This document shows, piece by piece, positions 11,400-22,300 of a DNA stretch of 64,000 nt. Source of the DNA: Antedon mediterranea (taxonomy: Eukaryota > Animalia > Echinodermata); assembly GCF_964355755.1 (NCBI RefSeq), contig NC_092674.1:992001-1056000 (forward strand). Reading direction: 5' to 3'. The position numbers and the translations under genes were made by a program. The notes beneath the pieces are model-generated. The model ran no database searches. It saw nothing but the letters and a program-made list of their open reading frames with translations, and was not told the DNA's origin. Numbering within the stretch: position 1 is the stretch's first letter; each line of letters begins with the position of its first letter.

Positions 11400-13150
11400 C
11401 GGTGGCCCACAACTGTCACGCACACTATAACACAGAATCACACAATTAAAGAAGGAATTACACAATTAAAGAAGGAATCACACAATAAAAGAAGAAATCG
11501 CACAATTAAAGAAGAAATCGCATATAAACAAAAGAAAGCATGAAAATATAAAACGAAATGCACAAATAAAGAAGAGCTAAGCACAATTAAAGAAGTCCGA
11601 CACAAATTCGAAAGCTCCTCGCACAATTAAAGAAGTCCGCAACAAATTCGAAAGCTCCTCGCACAATTAAAGAAGTCCGCAACAAATTCGAAAGCTACTC
11701 GCACAATTAAAGAAGTCCGCAACAAATTAAAGTACAGTAGTCCGTATGGAACGCCATCGCTGCCTCCGGCAGCAAACTTAATTCTATTCGGCTCTTTTAC
11801 TATTACGTTCGGCTCTTTTAGCATTCGGCGCATTTCTATTCGGCCCATTTACCATTACGTTCGGCTCTTTCAGCATTCGGCGCATTTCTATTTGGCCTAT
11901 TTACCATTACGTTCGGCTCTTTCAGCATTCGGCGCATTTCTATTTGGCCCATTTACCATTACGTTCGGATCTTTCTGTATTGATTTGGCCCTTTTTTATT
12001 CGGCTCTTTCTGCATTACGTTCGGCTCTTATTGATTTGGCCCTTTTTTATACGCCGCAATTAAATTCTAACCTTTTACATGCGGTCAAATGGAAGAAAAT
12101 CAACGGCTGGAAACGAGTCTATGAAAAGTTTACAAAACAAATAGATGCAGCATGTAGAGTGTTTGGTTGGTTGAATTAAATGAATTTGAAAGCTATTTCA
12201 ATATGACTAATCATGTTATTGACATGATTAATGTGTTAGAGAAGTTGCAATTGTCCCACCTTATTGACCATTTTGAGAGAGAAAAGGTTGATTTATGGCA
12301 TAGGCTAGCTAGGCCTAGCCTAGTGTCAGCCTAACATTTAATAATAATAATTTACCCTTTCTCGCTCAAAATTTGTTAAAAGATGAATTAATTTTAGGTT
12401 ATTCAACACATCTTTAATCGGTTGGCTACTCATGGTTGGCGCCATGATGATGAAATGTTTGTAAACTTTTCATAGAATCATTTCCAGTCGTTGATTTTCT
12501 TCCATTTGACCCCATGTCAAAGGTTAGATTTTAATTGCGCCATATAAAAAAATGCCGATTTAAAAAGAGCCCAACGTAATGCAGAAAGAGCCGAATATAA
12601 AAGGGCCGAATCAAAAAGAGCCGAACGCAATGTTAAATGGGCCGAATAAAAAAGAGCCGAATGCTGAAAGAGCCGAACGTAATGGTAAATGGGCCAAATA
12701 GAAATGCGCCGAATGCTGAAAGAGCCGAACGTAATGGTAAATGGGCCGAATAGCGCCGAATGGTAAAAGAGCCGAACGTAATAGAATTAAAGCTTGCTGC
12801 CGGAGGCAGCGATGGCGTTCCATACGGACTACTGTACTTTAATTGTGCGAGGAACATTCGAATTTGTTGCGGACTTCTTTAATTGTGCGAGGAGCTTTTG
12901 ATTTTGTTGCGAACTTCTTTAATTGTGCGAGGAGCTTTCGAATTTGTTGCGGACTTCTTTAATTGTGCTTAGCTCTTCTTTAATTGCGCGTTTCTTCTTT
13001 ATTTGTGCATTTCGTCTTATATTTTCATGCTTTCTTTTGTTTATATGCGATTCCTTCTTTAATTGTGTGATTTCTTCTTTAATTGTGTGATTCCTTCTTT
13101 AATTGTGTGAATATGATTTATATAGTGTGCGTGACAGTTGTGGGCCACCA
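11400..13150. mobile_element. Foldback/MITE-like DNA transposon with ~700-bp modular inverted arms, TA target duplication
   Basis: TA|cggtggcccacaactgtcacgcacactata ... tatagtgtgcgtgacagttgtgggccacca|TA; arms (~11400-12140 and ~12457-13150) contain mirrored internal tandem repeats (cacaattaaagaag and ttcggctcttt series); no transposase ORF. Confidence 0.85.
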
Positions 13151-13267
13151 TACTTTTTGTGTAAAATAATAATAAATACATTTTAGAATTAAAATACTTA
13201 ATAATTAAAAAATGTTTGCTTAGAACTGGCCCTGCTGTGTGCATTCAATCCATGTATTTTATAAAGG

Positions 13268-13360
13268 TCTACGTCATAAGTGACGTATACACGTATATTT
13301 TCAGCAACTTTAACTTTACAAGTTTACCGTTGATGGCAGCAGCATCGTTCCTTTTGGTTG
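13268..13360 (+). promoter_or_regulatory. TCTP promoter: paired CRE-like sites and pyrimidine tract (TCT/5'TOP-type start)
   Basis: acgtca/tgacgt at ~13271-13286 and ttcctttt at ~13348-13356, ~75 nt upstream of the ATG; TPT1 is an established 5'TOP mRNA. Confidence 0.55.
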
Positions 13361-13427
13361 TCGGCTCACTGTCCGTTCGGTTCGTCTCATAAAAACTGTT
13401 GGGTAAAATCCTACAAAATCAGCCAAC

Positions 13428-16400
13428 ATGATTATTTACAAGGACCGGTTTACAGGTAATATACATATAACATTATATGTACTTCACTTGGCTTATATAT
13501 TTATTTAAATCTGTATTAAATATTGGTAAAATTTGCTTGAGTGTCTGTCCGGAAGTTAGCGTAGGCTTGCATGTAGTAGGAGGAGGCCTAGGCGGCGCTA
13601 CTGCAGTTTCGCACCACACTGTTATATCTTCGATTTCTTGCTTCATTTTTTTCTCGCACTCACATCATACAATTTTGGGCCATTATGTAACATGTTCCCA
13701 TGATTTAGCCACCGTTATATTACCTTTATCACAATAAAAAATGCCTTTCAAAACAGCTCCTTTTTTCGCGAAAACTTCGATTGAACTGTGGCCATTTTAG
13801 ATTCAGAAAATTGCCAGAAATCAATGTATGTTTTATTTTCTGTTTTTATTTTTAAACTGCAAAGAGTGGTTTTATAAAGAACCAGCTGTACATCAAAACG
13901 GCGTCGTACATAAAACATTGATAGGAACCATTAATATAAATAATAATAGTAATACTAATAATTAAATATTAATTTAACCTTTATTTCGCCAGCTGAAAAC
14001 ATTTCTTGCTTTTCAAAACTAAATAGGGTAGGCCTATGTGTAATCGGATTTTATAACACTGCCCTCTATAGTTTCTACAATTTTTTGGGTAAAATGAAGC
14101 ATAAATTCTGGCAATTAACTGATAAATATAAGATGGCCAACATTTCGCAGTGTGTTGACAGCGAGTTCAGTATTGTTTAAAATGTTTTGAAAAGTATTGT
14201 TATTTAAAAAAAATTACTTCGTAAGTGGTCGAATCGTATAAACATGTTACATAATATTATGTTGTGAGTGTAAAAAACGAAAGTTTAGGTGAGAAATCGA
14301 AGATATAACGGTGTGGTGCGAAACTGCAGTAGCGCCGCCTAGGCTTAGTCGATGAATCATTTTAGCCTACCAAACACTTTAACAAAGAACCATTCAAACT
14401 AAATTCATTTACTGCTGTGCCCGTTGGCTAGTCACAATGTGAGGGTTTCCCGATGTTTTCTGTAATTTTGTAAGCCTAGCTAGCCTAAACTTTAGGCCTA
14501 GGCTAGTCTAAAAGTCTATTAAAAGTGCTAGGCCCTAGCCTAGGCCTAGCACTTTTAATAGACTTAATAAATAAGAACGTTTTCTTGTTAAAATTGTTGT
14601 GTAAAGTGCTAGCCTCTGATCTAGTAGGCCTAGGGTAGGGCTCAGATCATGGGCCGCTACTTAGATTATATAGATAGTAGGCTTAGCCTGCTAGTAGTAG
14701 TAGCAGCCTCTCTCTGCTAACTTTATTATTTCTTTTATTTCAGAAGATGAAATGTTTTCAGATTCCTTGAAACTAGTGGAGGTAGCAGATGGTGCTTTAA
14801 TTGAATTTGACAGCAAAGTATGTATTGAATACTGACTAAATTAAATACACCAGAACATTTCATCATATCATTTATTTTGCCAATACAGTACAAAGAAAGA
14901 CATAAAAACATTACAATAAGTAAATCAATGAGGCAGGATCTCCTAATATTTATAAATAAAAATAACCGTTGAGAGGCTCTCCACATAGGCCTAGAAATAC
15001 TAACATAAAATGAATAACATACATAAAAATCATGAATTCTTATCATTTTGAGATAAAACGGTAAAATTCTGCATCATTTTGTTAAGCTAATGAATAATTT
15101 GTTTGTAAATTGTAGAAAGTAACCGACACAACAGACATGAGTACAGTTAATATTGGAGCTAATGCATCAGCAGAGGAAGCCCCAGAAGACGTTGACGATA
15201 TAGTTGAAAAAAAAGACTATGAAATTGTCATCTACCATAGGGTGAAATATGAAGAATCCAAACCCACAAAAGCTGAATTCAAAAGTTACATAAAAAGGCA
15301 TCTTAAAAAGTAAATGTGTTTTTTAAAAAAGTTTAATGTTGTACCCGATTACTAAAAATCCTACAATTGGATTGGAAGTATTATTTCTTTTTAGGTTGGG
15401 TGAAAGGCAAATCGAGGCATGAAAAAATAAAAAGAACTTTAAAAATAAAGAAACTCGATGGCTGTAGAGGAAAACTCTAATAGTTACTAGGCTAGGTACA
15501 GTACAGAAAGAAATTACTGCTTCGTATCTACGCGTAGGCTTTCGTAGATAGATCGTAGGTAGAACGTAGGTCATTGTTCTCTCCTACGATGTATTGTTTG
15601 TAGCCTACGATGTATTGTTCTCTCCTACGATGTATTGTTCGTAGCCTACGATGTATTGTTCTCTCCTACCTACGATGTATTGTTCGTAGCCTACGATGTA
15701 TTGTTATGAAATCTAGGCTACGCCTCGATCGTAGGGTGGTTCGTAGAAGCATGGACAATGCAAACAAACAATGTAATGTTTGCTAATTAAAATTCTACCT
15801 AAAGATAGTAGGTCAATTTTTGTAGCCGCCCTACGCATCGGTTATCCTAATTTGGATGGAAATCCGCCCACGAAACGACATCGGGCCGGTGGACCTCAGC
15901 TCACGTAGACTAGAGAGAGTCGAGGCTAGGCCTAGCCTGTTTCGGCGGCCTACACTATAAATTATTTATTCCTACCTTGTTGGGTTAGCGAATTATAAAA
16001 ACAACGACACCTAGGCTAGGACACCAACAAAATATATGCAAAATAATTATATATTCCATATTAAGATTTAACATACATAAATAGGCCTTTTAAAATGATT
16101 ACGACATGTATAAAGAAAAAGGCCCGACCAGAATTTGGAGGGGAAAAAACATGTGAGCTGAGCTGCAGTTTAGAGAGCGAGAGTATTATGTTTCATGTCA
16201 TGTGACACAAAATCCAGGTACACGATCTTAATTAATATTTTATCGTCGTCAGACGGTAGCCACCCTCTCCTCGTCGAGCTCGTACTAAGTAAAAAAAACA
16301 TGTGAGAGATTGCGGTAAGCAGAGAGTATCACGTTTCATGCCATGTGATAAAAAAAAAACTAGGTCTGTATTAATTACGGTCTTCTGTCGGCAGTCTTTT

Positions 16401-17950
16401 TGAGCGACCGATTGAACGTCCTGATGCTATATTTAGAATGAATTGTTTACGATCTTTTTTTCTCGGCATCGTTTCTGGATGGGACGTTCGCTATATTATG
16501 TTTATTAGTTGGCCTGTTCGTTGCGGTTCACCTGTGTTGGATCGTGTCTACGTTCGTGGGAAATTTATATTTATATTCGCCGTTGAGTAGGTAAACACGC
16601 ACGAAGGAAAATATTACGATTAAAAAATATTATTTATTTTTTATTAATTTACAACTTTGTCCTCCGCCAATTAAATTTAACACATTAATTTCACACCTTA
16701 CTTCACTAAGAACATCGTAGGGTTGTTTATTTAGGTTACGAACTCCCTACGAAGTTCAGAACGTAGCTCATTGAAAGTTGTTTATTGAGGTTACGAAGCC
16801 AAACAATGGAACCTACGAAGCCAACAACGTAGCCTACGTTCTATCTACGAAGCTACTTCGTAGGTAAAGTTGCAGTATTTTCTTTCTGTACTGTAACTTA
16901 AGGAACTCTAGACCCGGTTGAGGAACTCTAGACCCGGTTGTGGAACTCTAGACCCGGTTGTGGAACTCTAGACCCGGTTGAAGAACTCTAGACCCGGTCG
17001 AGGAACTCTAGACCTGGTAAAGAAAAAAAAACTCTAATAGTTACTAGACCCGGTTGAGGAACTCTAGACCCGGTTGAGGAACTCTAGACCCGGTTGAGGA
17101 ACTCTAGACCCGGTTGAGGAACTCTAGACCCGGTTGAGGAACTCTAGACCCGGTTGAGGAACTCTAGACCCGGTTGAGGAACTCTAGACCCGGTTGAGGA
17201 ACTCTAGACCCGGTTGAAGAACTCTAGACCCGGTTGAAGAACTCTAGACCCGGTTGAAGAACTCTACACCCGGCTGAGGAACTCTACACCCGGTTGAGGA
17301 ACTCTAGACCTGGTAAAGAAAAAAAATACACAGTTCAAGTTTGTTTTGCTTCTGGTTAATATAAACTATTTGTCTTATTTAGATTAGTTGACGTGATAAA
17401 AGCTGAGGAAGGTGATGCTGCAGCGGACAAGTTTAAAGCAAAAGCGCAACCAGCTTTGATGAAGATAATTAAAAGTTATGATGATTATGATTTGTATACC
17501 GGTGAAAAGGCAGATTTCAACGATGAAACTTCACATTGTGCGGTTCTTTTACTCAACTTCAGGGAAGATGGTATAACTCCTTATTTCACTGGAATTAAAG
17601 CAGATTTTATTGAAGAAAAAGTAGTAAGTATCTTGTTCCAAAATATCTGTCAATCTTATGCAAGCATTCATCTTTCATCACATGTATTTTTTAACATTAT
17701 AATGGTGATAGCCAATCGTTTTTTTCTTTTTAAGATCTACTCTTTTTCTTTTGTTTTCATTTTATAAAATGTTTAGAACATATTGCAAAAGTAGTAGATA
17801 AATTGCATATGTCATAAAATAGATCGAAGCCAATATGTTCATGTTTGAAATTGAATGCCCGACGTTAATTCAACACATGCATATCACAATATTCAGTGTT
17901 AATCAATGCTTTGCTTATAGTGTGTTTTTATTTTCTCTATCTTTCAGTAA
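13428..17950 (+). CDS. TPT1: Translationally controlled tumour protein (TCTP)
   Basis: Exons ~13428-13455, 14744-14817, 15116-15309, 17383-17623 and stop-only 17948-17950. Translation MIIYKDRFTEDEMFSDS..., signature IGANASAEE, FKSYIKRHLK, YTGE, NFREDGITPYF...EEKV*. AATAAA at ~18295. Confidence 0.93.
13591..14339. mobile_element. MITE with ~48-bp TIRs (GGC...GCC termini, TA flanks) in TCTP intron 1
   Basis: ta|ggcggcgctactgcagtttcgcaccacactgttatatcttcgatttct ... agaaatcgaagatataacggtgtggtgcgaaactgcagtagcgccgcc|ta. Confidence 0.8.
15499..16893. mobile_element. Tc1/mariner-type non-autonomous element (CAGT termini, TA TSD) in TCTP intron 3
   Basis: ta|cagtacagaaagaaattactgc ... gcagtattttctttctgtactg|ta; subterminal cctacga repeats at both ends. 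Confidence 0.8.
16901..17315. repeat. 20-bp minisatellite gaggaactctagacccggtt in TCTP intron 3
   Basis: About 19-20 copies in two blocks separated by a short unique piece at ~17017-17044. Confidence 0.95.
17778..17893 (+). ncRNA. Candidate intronic H/ACA snoRNA
   Basis: Hairpin (catattgcaa...ttgcatatg), ANANNA-compatible hinge (ataaaata), second hairpin (atatg-catgt-ttgaa / ttcaa-acatg-catat) immediately followed by ACA, in the last TCTP intron. Confidence 0.3.
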
Positions 17951-18584
17951 TATGTATGGCAATGGATTTAAAGGACTTGCACAGCAACACTGAATGCAAG
18001 AAAACATGTGGCGTATACTTGCTAATGGAACAATTCTTGGCTTATACTTGCTAATGGAACAATTCTTGACTTATACTTTGCTAACAATTGTATTTATACT
18101 GAAAAATTGGAATTAAAATAATGTAATAACTGCAATCGGTAAATTGATGAAATCAAAAAGTTAGCCAGGTGGCTAACCCTTTTATTGTATATAGAATGGG
18201 ATTTGGCAGAAAACATCACAGTTTTATTTCTGAATCTTATTGTATCAATTAATCTCTGTCATCTATTTAATGACAACTCTGAATATGTCTATATAATAAA
18301 CGTATTGTGAACACTCATAATATGGTGTAATGTTGTCATCATTATTCTCAATTCAACACATTTTTTAAGCTAAGCATTTTATCTTTTTATTGGTAGCTAC
18401 TTAGTTTTTGGTAGCTAAGTTGGAATATATGCAGTGTTTGTAGCACTCCAATTTTTTATGATACAGGCGTCACATGTGAAATATATGTGATCTGTATCAC
18501 GGAATTTGCCTGTGATACTGGGCAAATTTAGAAGCTGTATCAAGAATAGGCCAACATTCTACTATTCATTCTCGCAGTGTACCG

Positions 18585-19145
18585 ATAATGATATATCCGC
18601 AACAGTAATACTAACATGCATAACATTACAATCTCGTATACACAATCAACATGTACACTTCTGCAAAATTGTTTTTCTCTTATTTACAATATTCATTGAC
18701 AACTACAAATAATGTTAGTTATTTGACATTTCTATCTATTTGTCAAATAGTTTTAACAAAGAACAAATCAACATACAATGATATATCCACAGCAGTAACA
18801 ATACTAACATACATACAATTACAATCTCATTATTATGCAATGTACACTTACGCACAAATACAAAATGTACAATATTCAGTGACAATGTTATATATAATCG
18901 ACATTTCTATCTAGGCCGCGCCGATTTGTAATAGTTTTAACAAAAGAACAAATCAACATACAGTATTGTATAATAATAATAATAATGACACCATTAACAA
19001 TACTAACATTCATCAAATTACAATCTCATTATGCAATGTACACTTATGTGGTTATTTTGTTCTATTTACAATATTCAGTGACAAATACATGTTATTCGAC
19101 ATTTCTATCTGTCATAGTTTTAACAAAAGAACAAATCAACAATCC
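18585..19145. repeat. Degenerate ~190-bp tandem repeat (about 3 copies)
   Basis: Recurrent blocks aatactaacat, ttacaatctc, atgtacactt, caatattcagtgaca, gacatttctatct, tagttttaacaaa-gaacaaatcaaca. Confidence 0.7.
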
Positions 19146-19331
19146 GAGTAGTTAATGCTTTGCTGGTTTGTAAAAGAACATCCTGAAAGTCTAGGCTGTT
19201 GTATTATCCTTGTTTGTCGATGCACTTCAGTCTTTTCATAGTATTTTATTGTTAGCTATTGACTCCCTTATATACAATAAAAAACCTAACTTCCTTGCAC
19301 AAAGGTAACGTTTAGTTATTGCGATCGTATC

Positions 19332-22300
19332 ATGGTCGTCGGCAATATGTCACCAAATTGTGTCGTATTGATCCTAGCAGGGTTTGCAGTTATCATGACA
19401 GGTAATACTATTTCTGTTATTCACTTTTATTATTTATTGTTATATCACTGAGATTTTTAATATTATTTTCTTCTTTCGATATTCTGTTAATGTTTTTATT
19501 TTGTAAAGACACCAGTCTTTTTTAAAGCTTTTCCCCACACTCTTGGATGGCGGCTGCAACGAAAGTTAGTTGACCAAGCAACAGTTCTGATGATACATCG
19601 CGATTGGTCAAAATTATTTTGCTGCGCGCTTCTTACGTCCTTGCGTTGCGTCCTAGTGGGAACCAAGCTTTATAAAACAAATAAAAGTGTATAGGTACTT
19701 ATTACTATACTGTAATATAGAATATCGCGTTATCCATTTTGACGCAAACGATTGGTGTCACGGACCAACCGTTTCAAATGGTGACGTAATTACTATTATT
19801 AGTTTAGGGATAAGCTCTGGATTTCACCAGGGAGAACTCCCGGATTTAACACCATTTTCTGTTAGGCCTGGTTTAACAAATTGTGTATGGGCGTATGATA
19901 AGGTCACCGGAGCGGGCATCATCTAACAGTTGCTTGAATAAAATGAAATAGGCCTATACCAAATAGAAAAAAAACATGTTAAACAATATTGAGCGGAAAA
20001 CTGAAACCTTATTTCTTGGAGTGTACAAATCCAAAAAAAGAAATAACCAGTCACCAAAATTCCCAATATCATTGGAGCTTCAGATTATCTCTCTAATTTA
20101 GATAAACTTGTTAAATTACAGAAACGTTCAGCCATAATTATCATACCATTTGATATCAATAAAGTTCAATTATCAATATTTATGTTTCAGTATTTTAAGA
20201 AAACAAATCCTAATCCTATGTTAAAATTGTTAAATATTTATACTAAGAAAACTCATTCATATAATTGTAGAAATCATTCTGTTCCAGTTCCCTTCGTCAG
20301 AAAAAGTCTTTTTGTTTGTTTCTGTTTCTGGTCCTAATTTATGGAATAATCTCGATGCTTCACTTCTGTTTCTTTACCAGCTTTTAAAAGTAAATTAAAA
20401 AATAAATTAAAAAAAATAAATACCAACAATAATTTTATATAGCATTTATTAAGGTAGCCTTTTTTATCTTTTTTTTCTCTCTCTCGGAGTCATGGTGAGA
20501 CAAGTTTTTGACTTCTAATCATGAACCCAATGATGGCATTCCTTTCTCTTTTTTACCTTTTCTTGTTTTTGTATTGTATTACTGTTTCTTATTGTTTAGT
20601 ATTCTTGTATTTAAGCATTATTGTATAAATGTTATGTTGAACTTGAACTTCTTCTTTCTAAAATAAAGATAAAATGCATATTTCTGTTTTTTTACTATGA
20701 ATAAAAATATTAGAATAAAAAGATAGGGGCCTAACTCACTTAACTCCAAATTCTTTATACGATTTAATCAATTAACTTCCATTTTGATGTGCTAAATCGA
20801 CTAAAAAGCCGAATCAAAAGTTGCAGTTTAATACATTTATGTTATTCTTATGATTTGTGATATCTTTTAAAGCTACCGGAGAAGAGGCGGCAGGCAACAG
20901 AATGTATTTAGCTGTGTTTGATCATAGATATTCTGCTACTTACATCGAGTGGATTGAAACTAAGAAACCTCTACAAAACGAAACATTATTCTCTATATCG
21001 TATGCGTCACTTGACCACCACTGGACGGCACTAGCTGTCGACTACCATACGGGTAACGTTACCTTCCATGATAAAGAAAACCACTGGATATTTCTAAGCG
21101 ATGATTTTGTCTTAGAAGACAACGGCACAGCATATAGCATCGAAGGCGGTACATCTGGTAGAGTGAACGGTTTAGCGATTGACTGGTTAGCAAAAAATGT
21201 GTACTGGGTGGATGAGGGGTACAACTGGATCAAAATGACCAATTATACGGGAGGAGGAGAAGTGGTGATTGCTGATGTGGGTTTTGAGAAACCGTCTGGA
21301 ATAGCTTGCCATCCTTCCCAAGGGTAAGTAGTACTAGTAGTAGACAAATTTAAATCAAAAGGATAATAATAAAATCCTCCCCGTTTCATTCAATTACAGA
21401 CAAAACATCTTTTTGATTTTGTTTACCTAAAGATATCTTTTCTGGACCGAGTTAGGAGATAAATATCCACCGAAGATTGAACGATCAACAATGGCGGGAA
21501 ACAACCGAATTACAATCGTTGATGGGCTGACTGAACCGAGATCTATAGCTGTCGATACGATACTGGACAGGTAACATATTCTGGTACCGTATGTTATAGC
21601 ATTCTACTCATGTTGAAAAAAAACAAACTAGTTTTGTAATTTCTATTTTGATTATTATTAAAAAGTTTACAATAATTTAATCCTTTTGTTTTAGGATTTA
21701 TTGGACTGACAATAATGCAACAGCAATTAAAGTTGAATCTTCAGATCTTGACGGTAATGGAAGAAGAACTGAAATATCGGAACCAAAGTCTCTGGGTGTA
21801 TTTGATAGTATTGCAGTAGATGAAGTGAGTAACATAATAATTACCAAAGTCTCTGGGTGTATTTGATAGTATTGCAGTAGATGAAGTGAGTAACATAATA
21901 ATTACCAAAGTCTCTGGGTGTATTTGATAGTATTGTAGTAGATGAAGTGAGTAACATAATAATTACCAAAGTCTCTGGGTGTATTTGATAGTATTGCAGT
22001 AGATGAAGTTAGTTAACAATAACAATATTTAATATTATATCTTAATCGGATTATATCTATGTTGTTGTACTCCATTAACTGAAATCATATTTTGTTTAAT
22101 AACAATATTTGATATGTATTATATCTTAATAGGATTATATCTATGTTGTACTCCACCACATTTCTTTGGACAATATTATTCGTTATTATAAAAAGGCCGC
22201 TCCAAATGAATTGGTATACGAGTATAATGTTGGTACTGCAGTAAAACTGCTAGATTTATGTGTTGCTGGTCCAAACATCCAATCACAACCAGTGACATGT

